Below are positions 48,848 through 57,276 of a DNA stretch of 64,000 nucleotides, in pieces. The notes beneath the pieces were generated by a model. It was given only the letters and a program-made list of their open reading frames with translations. It searched no databases and was not told the origin of the DNA. The stretch spans positions 1 through 64,000 of IMG/VR virus record IMGVR_UViG_3300009011_000002, one strand, 5' to 3'. The first letter of the stretch is position 1, and every line of letters starts with the position of its first letter. The position numbers were made by a program, and so were the translations under genes.

Positions 48848-49168
48848 TTACAAGATTGGGATCTGTTCTTTCGGGAGCCCCGCCAAGAAATGCCAGACCC
48901 CATTCACCGGATCAATGTCGACTTCGTCCAGAAGCACGTCCGGTTCTTCCTCGGTGCAAATGCTCTCCAGCATCTTCGTAGGACCCGAGGTAAACCGAAG
49001 ACGTCGGCCGAGCATGTCAGTTACCAACAGCGTACTGCCGGGTTGCAGCGGGCACTCGATGCCAGGCATCATGAGACGCATCTGGAGTGGGAAGTTGGAA
49101 GGGTCACTCCAATCTGGTGGGACCCAATCGTTCACGCAATAACCGAACTCACCTTTCTTGATTCTCAT
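48848..49168 (-). CDS. hypothetical protein
   Basis: 106 aa, ATGA overlap, GAGG RBS. Confidence 0.6.
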   Translation of the reverse strand: MRIKKGEFGYCVNDWVPPDWSDPSNFPLQMRLMMPGIECPLQPGSTLLVTDMLGRRLRFTSGPTKMLESICTEEEPDVLLDEVDIDPVNGVWHFLAGLPKEQIPIL

Positions 49169-49542
49169 GATTTCGCCTCGCGTGCGTGTTGGTACATTTC
49201 GATCAGAAGGTCCAAATACCCTGGGGAGATTTCGATGCTGAATTCACGACCCTCGCCGATCAATTTGGTAAGAAGTTTAATGCCCTCGTAGGAGGGCGCG
49301 TAGTATCGTTGGGGATGATCACAGTAAATCCAACTAACGCAGATTCCTTTCTGGATATAGATTACATCCAGGTCAACTGAGGCCGCCAGTTCAACTTCAC
49401 CACCCCTGAAGAGGAACGAGGGATCGTGTACATCCACGAACGCACCGTCCCCAGGAAAGACCATGCCTGATTTCTTGTCACGAAACCAAACAAGGTCTTT
49501 GCGAGTCACATCCAACTCGCTTTCAAACAAGCTCGTACTCAT
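49165..49542 (-). CDS. hypothetical protein
   Basis: 125 aa, GGGAG RBS. Confidence 0.65.
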   Translation of the reverse strand: MSTSLFESELDVTRKDLVWFRDKKSGMVFPGDGAFVDVHDPSFLFRGGEVELAASVDLDVIYIQKGICVSWIYCDHPQRYYAPSYEGIKLLTKLIGEGREFSIEISPGYLDLLIEMYQHAREAKS

Positions 49543-49554
49543 TAAACACTCCCG

Positions 49555-51645
49555 TTAGTGTTCGTCAGAGACCAACCGTGTGGTCTTACCGTTCAAGATG
49601 TACAACCCCAGTGCTTCAAGGATTGCATAGATCGACTTCAAGTTCTGCGAGATGATCAACCGGGTGTCCACTACCGGCAGGATCTCTTTGGGAATACCAC
49701 CCATGCCAGAGATCATGTCAACTGGGATATACACCGACGTCAGGTTGTTACGTGACTCCAGTGCCTTTTCCAGTTTCTCGCCAAAGATGGTTCCCTTCAT
49801 CGAATCGAAGTAGTTCCGCATCTTCGTCTTGTTGCTCATCGACAGGTTAACCTTGTAGGCCTTGTACGGCAACGTAGGTGCATCGCCATAACGACCTGCA
49901 AAGACTTCCTCCCAGATCTCGTGGTAGAAGAAGATCGACGACGCTGGGTTGCTGTAAGCACTCTCTTCCTTGATGGTGTTCTTGGTCAACCAGCTGTAAC
50001 CACCACTTTCGATCTCTTCGATCAACGAACGCTCAATGTCAGCAATCTCAGCCAACAACTCAGCAGGGTCAATCTGTTTACGATCATAGATCGCATCCAG
50101 TACACTCCGCATAAGCTTGCCAGTAAACTCCCGTACTTTGAGTGCGATCTTGACACCCCGTAAGTGAACACCTTTCAGTTCTAACTTCGGTACGTCGTAC
50201 AGGATACCCTCCAGCATCAACTGCAATGCGAAGTAGTGCTTCGACATCGAAGTCGTTACGTACGAGCTGAAGAGGTACTCGTTCTTCATGTTCGGGCGAT
50301 ACAGGTACTTCTTCGCCACGTTCATGTTGGAGCTGAGGCGCGCGTGCTGGTCGACTGCAATCGAACGAATGAAGTACGTCAGTACGCCGTTGAAACTCAA
50401 CGCCATGTCAAGGTCATTCTGGTCGACGAAATCATCAATGATCATGTCAACCGAATAGATCATCGAGTCCGTGTCAGAGGTCAGTACGTTCTCACGCACC
50501 AGCTCTTTCACATCGAACATACCCGACGGCGGAATGTCTGCCTTGAGGAATGCCCTGATGAAATCGTCCCACTTCACTTCCAGACCAATGTGGTACGCGT
50601 TCAGCGCAGCAATCTGATCCTTGGTGGCCTTCTTACCCATCTTGGTGACACAGAGGATCTCGTAGTCACTGTTGGCAGGCTTACAGCTGTTGTTCTCGTT
50701 GAGGTCCGTTGGGAGCTCAGGGATGTGGCACCACTCGCTGAAGAACTGCTTCATCAGCTCGGGGTTCGTGACGTACAGACCACGAATGTCCATCGAGCAC
50801 AGAACAATGGTCAGTTCCAGCGGCGACAGAATGCTGAAGAAGTTTTCGATTGCATTCAGCTTGGTAGGGTCGTTCCAGTAATACGACGCACAACGACGCA
50901 CCATGTCCATACACTGGTCAATGGTGGCGTAGTTCATCTTGTATTTCTTGATGACCTTCGCAATCTCGCCACGACGTGCATGTGCCAGGGTACTGATAAA
51001 CAGATCCATGGCTTTGTCGTAACTGAGTAATAATCGGTTACCCGTAATCAGACGTTCGTTCAGCATGTTAGCTGTCGACGTCAACGACCGGCAGAAGCTG
51101 GTCAGCGAGGTGTGGCCCGACTTGTTGTACAACGGAGTACCCGAAGACGACATACCACCCGACTGGGCGTTGTTGAAGATCTTCAAGGCGTTCTGGATTT
51201 CGTTGAACGCCTGTGCTGCTTCTTTGTCGCTAACGGCGATCGCTTGCTTCATCTTCCCTTTGTAGAGACGACGGAAGTCAATGAACTGCTCAGTACCCTT
51301 AGCGTTAACCGATTGCTCATCGTTGGTGTTGGTATACGCAACCAACGAAGGCGACAGGTGGTAGTTCTTTTCTTCTACTTCACCGAAGAACTCACGTGCG
51401 GTCATTACCGTTGGAACACGGTCGCCGACTTTGTTCTTCTTAAAGACTTTGAACTTGGCTTCCTTAAAGCCATTCTCATTGGGGATGAAAACTTCACGAC
51501 ACAGTTCAAGGATATGTTCGTAATCGTGGCCGTACATCACCGACAGGTAAGCAGCTGCCAGTTTGTGATATCCCTTGACGATATCGCGATCAGGTGTATA
51601 GGCTACCTCCTGGAAAGGAGATAAGTGTTGTGCCATCGCAGTCAT
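49555..51645 (-). CDS. split family-B DNA polymerase, catalytic subunit (phiKZ gp50-like)
   Basis: motif B QNALKIFNNAQSG, motif C TSDTDS, SKHYF, ELKGV. Confidence 0.85.
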   Translation of the reverse strand: MTAMAQHLSPFQEVAYTPDRDIVKGYHKLAAAYLSVMYGHDYEHILELCREVFIPNENGFKEAKFKVFKKNKVGDRVPTVMTAREFFGEVEEKNYHLSPSLVAYTNTNDEQSVNAKGTEQFIDFRRLYKGKMKQAIAVSDKEAAQAFNEIQNALKIFNNAQSGGMSSSGTPLYNKSGHTSLTSFCRSLTSTANMLNERLITGNRLLLSYDKAMDLFISTLAHARRGEIAKVIKKYKMNYATIDQCMDMVRRCASYYWNDPTKLNAIENFFSILSPLELTIVLCSMDIRGLYVTNPELMKQFFSEWCHIPELPTDLNENNSCKPANSDYEILCVTKMGKKATKDQIAALNAYHIGLEVKWDDFIRAFLKADIPPSGMFDVKELVRENVLTSDTDSMIYSVDMIIDDFVDQNDLDMALSFNGVLTYFIRSIAVDQHARLSSNMNVAKKYLYRPNMKNEYLFSSYVTTSMSKHYFALQLMLEGILYDVPKLELKGVHLRGVKIALKVREFTGKLMRSVLDAIYDRKQIDPAELLAEIADIERSLIEEIESGGYSWLTKNTIKEESAYSNPASSIFFYHEIWEEVFAGRYGDAPTLPYKAYKVNLSMSNKTKMRNYFDSMKGTIFGEKLEKALESRNNLTSVYIPVDMISGMGGIPKEILPVVDTRLIISQNLKSIYAILEALGLYILNGKTTRLVSDEH

Positions 51646-51757
51646 GCTAGACTTCTCTCAATCCGTTGGGTACATAATAAAAAGATTACCAACCAAAAAA
51701 TAAAAAGTAGATTACCGTGCTCCCCTAATTAATAGGGAACACGGTATTCGGTTACAT

Positions 51758-52183
51758 TCAAGACGCTTTGTCTTGGACGTTGAGGTTGATGCTCGCCCCG
51801 ATGCTGGTGAAGAAAGCCAGCGTAGGACCACGCCATTCTTCCCGCCAGTTCTCGATGGTGATGTCAGCCCGACGTCCTTCGATGATCTTGAAGGTAGTGT
51901 CTTGAATCCACGGTACGCCGATCACTTCCAGCTGACCGTTGACCGCGTCTTTGAGGATCAGGTAGTCGTAAGCGTTTGGATCGTCAATGCCGTTGACCTT
52001 GTTCTTGAAGAACGGGAACAAGTTCTTGTGCTTGACGTTCAGCTCGGGGTCAATACGAACGGCCGTGCTGTAACCCACGGTATTCGAATCGACCTTCGAG
52101 TTGATGCGCTCGCCACCGATGAGATCGTTCCGTACCAGTTGGAAACGAACGATATCACCTTTCTTCGGTAAAGTGATTGCCAT
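51758..52183 (-). CDS. conserved hypothetical protein (phiKZ gp49-like by synteny)
   Basis: 141 aa, GGGAG RBS, hairpin terminator at ~51713-51746. Confidence 0.65.
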   Translation of the reverse strand: MAITLPKKGDIVRFQLVRNDLIGGERINSKVDSNTVGYSTAVRIDPELNVKHKNLFPFFKNKVNGIDDPNAYDYLILKDAVNGQLEVIGVPWIQDTTFKIIEGRRADITIENWREEWRGPTLAFFTSIGASINLNVQDKAS

Positions 52184-52192
52184 GATCTCTCC

Positions 52193-52531
52193 CTAAATGT
52201 TGAACCGCAATTCGATAATCACCAGGGGGAGCAAATACGCCTGCCCATCCCGCACTACCCTGATCCCCGGACCGCTGGTCACGGTAATGTCATGGACGAT
52301 GCCAACGCGATAATCAAACATGAGGATTTCCGACAACGTGCCGTCTTCTACCACATTGTCTTGTGGATCGTCGATACCGCCCCGCAACATCGCCTCTGCC
52401 TGATCTGCCAGTGCGTTCCTGGCAACTTCAAACGACAGCCCTAGGGGAGAATCGTAGTTGTGAACGTGGAGCAGATGATCGAGCACGCTTTCGTAATCGA
52501 TCGTCAGGTACAGGTATTTTTGTTCCCTCAT
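52193..52531 (-). CDS. hypothetical protein
   Basis: ATG 52531 (MREQKY) just after the upstream stop. Confidence 0.55.
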   Translation of the reverse strand: MREQKYLYLTIDYESVLDHLLHVHNYDSPLGLSFEVARNALADQAEAMLRGGIDDPQDNVVEDGTLSEILMFDYRVGIVHDITVTSGPGIRVVRDGQAYLLPLVIIELRFNI

Positions 52532-52536
52532 GGGCG

Positions 52537-52848
52537 TTACTCTACATACTGGAATACAAATGTGAGAGAGGCCGAAGTACACCGCGCGTTAACAAGCGTA
52601 ACGCTCCCATAAGAGGCTACTGCCGTTTGCAACAGCTGCATGGTGTTGAGAAAGTCACGCTGCAGTTGTTGTTGGCATTCTTCAATCGGGTGAGTAAAGC
52701 CAGCCGCCGGTGGAACGTTGATCACGCCTTTGATTTGGCATGCTTGAAGCAGGTTGTTGTACACCCCCATCATCTCACCCACATCCGTCAATGGAGGGCA
52801 AGAGACTACGTGAGTGAATGTGCGTACTTGCGGTTCAGTCATCTTCAA
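52537..52848 (-). CDS. hypothetical protein
   Basis: ~100 aa in a tightly packed operon, GGAG RBS. Confidence 0.55.
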   Translation of the reverse strand: MKMTEPQVRTFTHVVSCPPLTDVGEMMGVYNNLLQACQIKGVINVPPAAGFTHPIEECQQQLQRDFLNTMQLLQTAVASYGSVTLVNARCTSASLTFVFQYVE

Positions 52849-53158
52849 TCTCCACTACAACTGCATAGGCGAGGACATTCCAGCGGTACAATGAACCCGC
52901 CAGTTGCAATTGCCGAATCTGGGTTGCCATCTCCATCAGCTGTGGCATGGCTTCGTTAATCAGTACCTGCGCCGACAAATCGTTCAGGTCAAGTTCTGAT
53001 CGAATGAATTCTGCAGTCACGTCGTAATTGTGATCGTTGTGAGCCCAATACCCGATCATCGATGAAATGACGAACGTGGTCTCTTGGATATTGAACCCAC
53101 ACTTTTCAAAGATCACTGGAAGCGTCCCCATGGGGAGTGTTACTCGCTTCATAGCCAC
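52835..53158 (-). CDS. hypothetical protein
   Basis: ~105 aa, GGGGAG RBS. Confidence 0.6.
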   Translation of the reverse strand: MAMKRVTLPMGTLPVIFEKCGFNIQETTFVISSMIGYWAHNDHNYDVTAEFIRSELDLNDLSAQVLINEAMPQLMEMATQIRQLQLAGSLYRWNVLAYAVVVEIEDD

Positions 53159-53625
53159 TCCCCTCTGATGAATTCTTCCGGAGTGTCGACAAACTCGTCG
53201 ACAGGTAATGATGCAAGGTCCCGTGGGTCAATGCCAATGAGCAAGTGCGCATTGGGTAAGATCCGAAAAGCAAACCCGTGTTCCAACTCGGTCTTGCTGG
53301 TTAACTGGCAAACAAGGGTATCAATTTTCGCTACAGCATCCTGAATGATATCTAGTAGGTCACTGTACGGAATGTAGTACTTTGCCAATTGCCCAGTCGT
53401 GTAACGACCGTCCATCAAAACGCCTTTCTTACCGGCCCACGTCACCACACTCTGCTCGAGCAGGTCGTAAGCCACTTCCCCATGGCGATGGAAGTTAGAG
53501 CTTGAAATTGCCGCCCCACCCTCTACCCGTAGGGTCGTTAACAGTTCTTGCATATCGATCTGAAAGAACCGGAGTTCGTCGCTTAGGTGGTTGTTGGCTA
53601 AGACTAATAGCGTCAAGGAGTTCAT
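53149..53625 (-). CDS. hypothetical protein (start uncertain)
   Basis: fills the operon gap; overlaps the upstream gene. Confidence 0.5.
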   Translation of the reverse strand: MNSLTLLVLANNHLSDELRFFQIDMQELLTTLRVEGGAAISSSNFHRHGEVAYDLLEQSVVTWAGKKGVLMDGRYTTGQLAKYYIPYSDLLDIIQDAVAKIDTLVCQLTSKTELEHGFAFRILPNAHLLIGIDPRDLASLPVDEFVDTPEEFIRGEWL

Positions 53626-54058
53626 TGATTTCGTCCGATCCGGGGTTATCACTGACAACCTCTGCAATAGGCTGCCTGGCGCGCGGTGTCTTCCTTCTGT
53701 CCCCGTTAATACGGAAGGTGGCATCTAGGTCCATTTCAATCGTAATCCGATGGAAATGAGGCCCCAAGCGCTTACTGGTCATTTTGATCTGCAACCGCTC
53801 GTCCCACCCGTGTTTCTTTTGTTCCTTCTGAATATGCTGGATGTATTCCACCATGGTCAGGTCTGGTGTTACCAGTTGGTAACTGTCCTCCATGATATCA
53901 TTCAGCGTCCCTAGTATTGAATCGCGCTTCCGTGGATCATTAACGACATCTACCGCAGCTTCGACCATTCGAACGACAATCTCTTCCCGCACAGATTTAT
54001 CGATCTTCTCTCCCGTAACCAACATCGAAGCCAAATCGTTAACGTTAAATGCAATCAC
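53495..54058 (-). CDS. hypothetical protein
   Basis: GTG start with GGGGAG RBS, 187 aa. Confidence 0.6.
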   Translation of the reverse strand: MIAFNVNDLASMLVTGEKIDKSVREEIVVRMVEAAVDVVNDPRKRDSILGTLNDIMEDSYQLVTPDLTMVEYIQHIQKEQKKHGWDERLQIKMTSKRLGPHFHRITIEMDLDATFRINGDRRKTPRARQPIAEVVSDNPGSDEINELLDAISLSQQPPKRRTPVLSDRYARTVNDPTGRGWGGNFKL

Positions 54059-54070
54059 GTTCCATCTCCC

Positions 54071-54367
54071 CTAGTAATCAAACGTCACGATAAACTTACC
54101 ACGGATTCCCCCCAGTGAACGCAAGCTCACAGTTGCCTCCCGGGGAATGCCAATAGCCTGTTCAGCGATCTGCTCTCTAAAGGAGTTAAGGTCGTCGCCG
54201 TACATGCGATGGTAAGTCGTGCCGTAGGTGATATTGCTGAATCCCTCATCCGTCAGGACGGATATCAAGTCAATGACATCCAAGCCTCTTGCGAGACGTT
54301 TTCCTTGGCCACCAATAGGTAGGGATAGGGCGTAGTCGTCTAAACTCACAGTGAAGCTCTTTGCCAC
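54071..54367 (-). CDS. hypothetical protein
   Basis: 98 aa, GTG start. Confidence 0.55.
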   Translation of the reverse strand: MAKSFTVSLDDYALSLPIGGQGKRLARGLDVIDLISVLTDEGFSNITYGTTYHRMYGDDLNSFREQIAEQAIGIPREATVSLRSLGGIRGKFIVTFDY

Positions 54368-54505
54368 CTTCTAGACCCCTTTGTGTCAGCTATGTCCTAT
54401 AGATATTAAAAGTCCGTTGAAAAGAACTGTGAAATATCAAAAAACAACATAGACCCCTAGAGCACCGAGGATCTCTCCCCGGCACCCTAAGGTTCTACTA
54501 CTTCG

Positions 54506-55522
54506 TTACACGAAGCTCAGGCCGTTGCCGTCCAGCTTGGCGCCGCCGCTGAGGTCCTTCTGTGGAACGTAGGTTTTCTTGGTTTCCGCTTTCAGCGCGT
54601 CCAGTTGTTCCATCTGCGCTTCCAGCTCTTTGACCGCTTCGCCGTGGTCGAGCAGCATGTGCAGCTCTTTCACGTTGCCGGGGCGGTTGTTCTGGTCAGC
54701 AAACACACCGGTGGTGCGCACTGCCACGCCCTTGAAGCGAGGGATCACGTCGTCGCTGCTGGTGAACAGCGAAGCCACCGCGATTGGCAGACGACCTTCG
54801 AAACCGTCGCCTTCTTCGAAGATGCGCTGGTCCAGGAAGCTGATGCGGCTGAGCGCTGGCGGGATCTGCTGGTAGCGGGAGTACTCGAGGAAGTTCTTGA
54901 TGTCCTGGTAGTCCATCTCGCCGTTGGACTCCGTCAGGAACAGGCTCAGCATGTCGCAACGATCAGCGACGCGCTTGTTGGTTTCGCCGCGCTTCTCGTT
55001 CTCGGTGTTCCAGAACTCGAGGTACGGGATCGGCATGTTCAGCAGTTCAGGTCGCACTTGGTTCGAGAACCAGGTCAAGGTGTTCACGCCGTTGGCGAAT
55101 TCAACCTGGGAGGTTTGGTCACCGATGAACACACCCACCGCTGGCAGGCCTTTGTTCTTCAGGTAGCGGAAGGTCAGCAGTGCCAGCAGCGAACCAGTAC
55201 CGCCGGTCAGGTTGCAGACCACGATGTTGAACACGCCGGGTTTGTGCTTGGCCAGGGCCGAGTCGACGAACGGCTGCGCAGCTTCGTAGTTGGTGCTTTG
55301 GATCTTGCCCGAGCCTTTGGCGGCTTGGTTCGGATCATCCGGCAGGGAGATGCGCTCGATCGGGAAATCCGATACCGGGATGTTGGCTTCCGAAGCATCG
55401 AGGCCGACGAAGGTGGCCTTCTTGTTGCCGAAGGCTTTGGCGGTTTGCTTGATGAGGTCGCCGATGTTGATGCCAGTACCGCCGCAGAGGTAGTAGGTCA
55501 GTTCCGATTTTGGTGCGGACAT
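54506..55522 (-). CDS. phuZ: PhuZ phage tubulin
   Basis: N-terminal CGGTGINIG, GSG, tubulin signature TGGTGS, MDYQD T7-like loop, extended C-terminal tail. Confidence 0.9.
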   Translation of the reverse strand: MSAPKSELTYYLCGGTGINIGDLIKQTAKAFGNKKATFVGLDASEANIPVSDFPIERISLPDDPNQAAKGSGKIQSTNYEAAQPFVDSALAKHKPGVFNIVVCNLTGGTGSLLALLTFRYLKNKGLPAVGVFIGDQTSQVEFANGVNTLTWFSNQVRPELLNMPIPYLEFWNTENEKRGETNKRVADRCDMLSLFLTESNGEMDYQDIKNFLEYSRYQQIPPALSRISFLDQRIFEEGDGFEGRLPIAVASLFTSSDDVIPRFKGVAVRTTGVFADQNNRPGNVKELHMLLDHGEAVKELEAQMEQLDALKAETKKTYVPQKDLSGGAKLDGNGLSFV

Positions 55523-55578
55523 TGTGAAGTCTCTCTTCAAGTTACCGTTGGAAAAAGATCATTGTGATCTCTACCGAA

Positions 55579-55596
55579 ATGATGTAGGTCTGAAAT
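55579..55596 (-). promoter_or_regulatory. early-type promoter ATTTCAGACCTACATCAT
   Basis: copy of the conserved motif upstream of phuZ. Confidence 0.7.
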
Positions 55597-55644
55597 ATTC
55601 TTTCCCGTTGCCAAACCTACATTTGCTGCAATTCGTACAGGCCT

Positions 55645-55800
55645 AAAAATAACCTCCCACCGCCCCAGCGGGGAACTGCCTAGCGGCAGGAGGGTTCCCA
55701 TCTAAGAGAACGAAGAGCCTGATAAAGGATACCCGTCTTGCTGGAGAACCTAACCAAAAGCCAACCAGCCGTACACGAGTATAAGATATGGTCAGCCAAG
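55645..55800 (-). ncRNA. candidate small structured RNA ending in an intrinsic terminator
   Basis: non-coding, between two terminators; stem 55653-55693 followed by TTATTTTT. Confidence 0.35.
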
Positions 55801-55804
55801 TAAC

Positions 55805-56115
55805 AAAAAAATAAAGTTAGTACCTCACCAACTCCTGGCCCGAGACGGGGTTGGCCAGGAGAGGTGAGGGGGCAGGGCACAGCAATGGCACAGCAACAGC
55901 AAGGGAGGCACAGCAATGGAACTATCACACGGGGCACAGCAGGGTGGAACGGATTCAGTGGGGTTTTTCTGTAGCCTGCCGATGAACGCAGACCTAACCG
56001 GCTTTACGGGACACTCGCCGGTTATTGCGGTAGGTTTATCACCCCCAACCTTGCCACGAACCTTCAGCCACTATCTCAGAGCAAACTTCATGAGTTCACA
56101 TAGGATAACAACAAC
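55805..56115 (-). ncRNA. candidate structured RNA / long 3' UTR with UGCUGUGCC repeats
   Basis: TAACCGGC/GCCGGTTA hairpin, four 9-mer repeats, long hairpin 55823-55869 plus U-run. Confidence 0.45.
55876..55941. repeat. four direct repeats of GGCACAGCA(A)
   Basis: copies at 55876, 55887, 55907, 55933 and a partial CAGCAA at 55897. Confidence 0.85.
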
Positions 56116-56748
56116 TCAGTGGATCGTTGCAGGCGCTTCTGCCACTTCAGGGGTATGAGGGGTAGGGGCAACTTCTGCGTCGGTCCGTTGAGCCGGTGGA
56201 GCTGACGGTTGTACGGTTTCCAGTGCCGGTGGGCGCTTGCTCAGCACTGCCGGAACCGGAGGAACTTCAAAGATCTGCAGGTTACCGCCGCAACCTACGT
56301 CGAGCTTGCACGCTGACTTGACACCCAGGCGCGCACCTTTGCCAATGGCCATGACACCCAGGGCAAAGTCAGTACCCGAACCAATCGCCACCGGTGGCAG
56401 CATCGGCAGGAGCTCATGGCGGTCCCGGTTGCGTTCTTTGGTCTTCACGACCTTCCACGTCCAGAGCTCGCCCTTCTCGTTGATCACCAGCGCGTGGAAC
56501 GCGATGTTGTCCTGATCTTCGAAACGGGTCTTGTGGGAGATACCCTCCTGGAGTTTCTCTTTGACGTAGTCAATTGCCAAGGCATCCCCAGCCAAGCCGA
56601 AGGCGATTACCTTGACGCCGTTGATTTCCCAGTACTGGTCATCCTCCGGGGTGTAAATCTTCCGGAAGGGGCTCAGGCATACGGTGTCACCCAAAGTCAT
56701 TTGGGAATCGCTGACAAGTTCTTTGCCGTCGAATGCGATGATGGTCAT
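56116..56748 (-). CDS. HslV/proteasome beta-subunit-like Ntn hydrolase
   Basis: Thr at position 2 (MTIIA), SDSQMT, RKI, GLAGD, AIGSG, D..CGG; Pro/Ala-rich tail; GGAG RBS. Confidence 0.8.
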   Translation of the reverse strand: MTIIAFDGKELVSDSQMTLGDTVCLSPFRKIYTPEDDQYWEINGVKVIAFGLAGDALAIDYVKEKLQEGISHKTRFEDQDNIAFHALVINEKGELWTWKVVKTKERNRDRHELLPMLPPVAIGSGTDFALGVMAIGKGARLGVKSACKLDVGCGGNLQIFEVPPVPAVLSKRPPALETVQPSAPPAQRTDAEVAPTPHTPEVAEAPATIH

Positions 56749-56823
56749 GTGTATACAATACTCCGTGACTTGGTGTTTCGGTTTGGTTAGGTTCGTGTAA
56801 TATTCTTTTTGAGTTACAAATCA

Positions 56824-56841
56824 GTGATGTAGGTTTGAAAT
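56824..56841 (-). promoter_or_regulatory. early-type promoter ATTTCAAACCTACATCAC
   Basis: copy of the conserved motif upstream of the HslV-like gene. Confidence 0.7.
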
Positions 56842-57021
56842 CCTCCCGTCCCCTTCTGTTTACCTCGCGTGCGCGTTTAAGTTAATATATCTTTTTAGAT
56901 ATTTAAGTAAATTAAGATAAATCTTAAAAGCAAATTAGGATACTACTACTACGTAGTAGGTTCTTTAGCGCACGGAGCGCGTCCGCGCACGTGCACGCGG
57001 AATAGAGAAGGGAAAGGATTT
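56838..57021. other. origin-like element: AT-rich core flanked by imperfect inverted repeats
   Basis: arms share AAATCCT, CCCTTCT and CGCGTGC blocks; core 56876-56937 is about 85-90% AT. Confidence 0.45.
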
Positions 57022-57276
57022 TTCTGACTGAGTAAATTGGGAAATAAGAATTTTTAACACTCTGAATTTTCCGAAGGAATTGTCTAACGACAAATCTTCA
57101 AAACCCCCGCCAGGAAAAATCTTCTATCCCCGCCCCGCCGAGGAAATCGATTATAACACCCCGACCAGCGTCGTAGACAACGAACAAACCATAAACCCAC
57201 CCAACCCTACCGGGTTGAGCAGATCGTTGATTTAACGCGATTCTAGAACGTTTTAGATTTTGGGATAAAAACCGTC

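Noticed and set aside
55676-55689. CTGCC-GCTA-GGCAG hairpin resembling the type I-F CRISPR repeat stem (Racr-like mimic)
   Set aside because: Loop is 4 nt rather than 5, flanking GTTCA and CTAAGAAA are not adjacent, and it is single copy; too weak to call
55680-55937. Cys-rich 85-aa ORF (LCLPCCCCA) as a cysteine attenuator leader
   Set aside because: The Cys run is a by-product of the TGCTGT repeats; no SD, and it crosses a strong terminator
55876-55941. Mini CRISPR array
   Set aside because: Repeats are only 9-13 nt with 1-16 nt spacers; no cas genes
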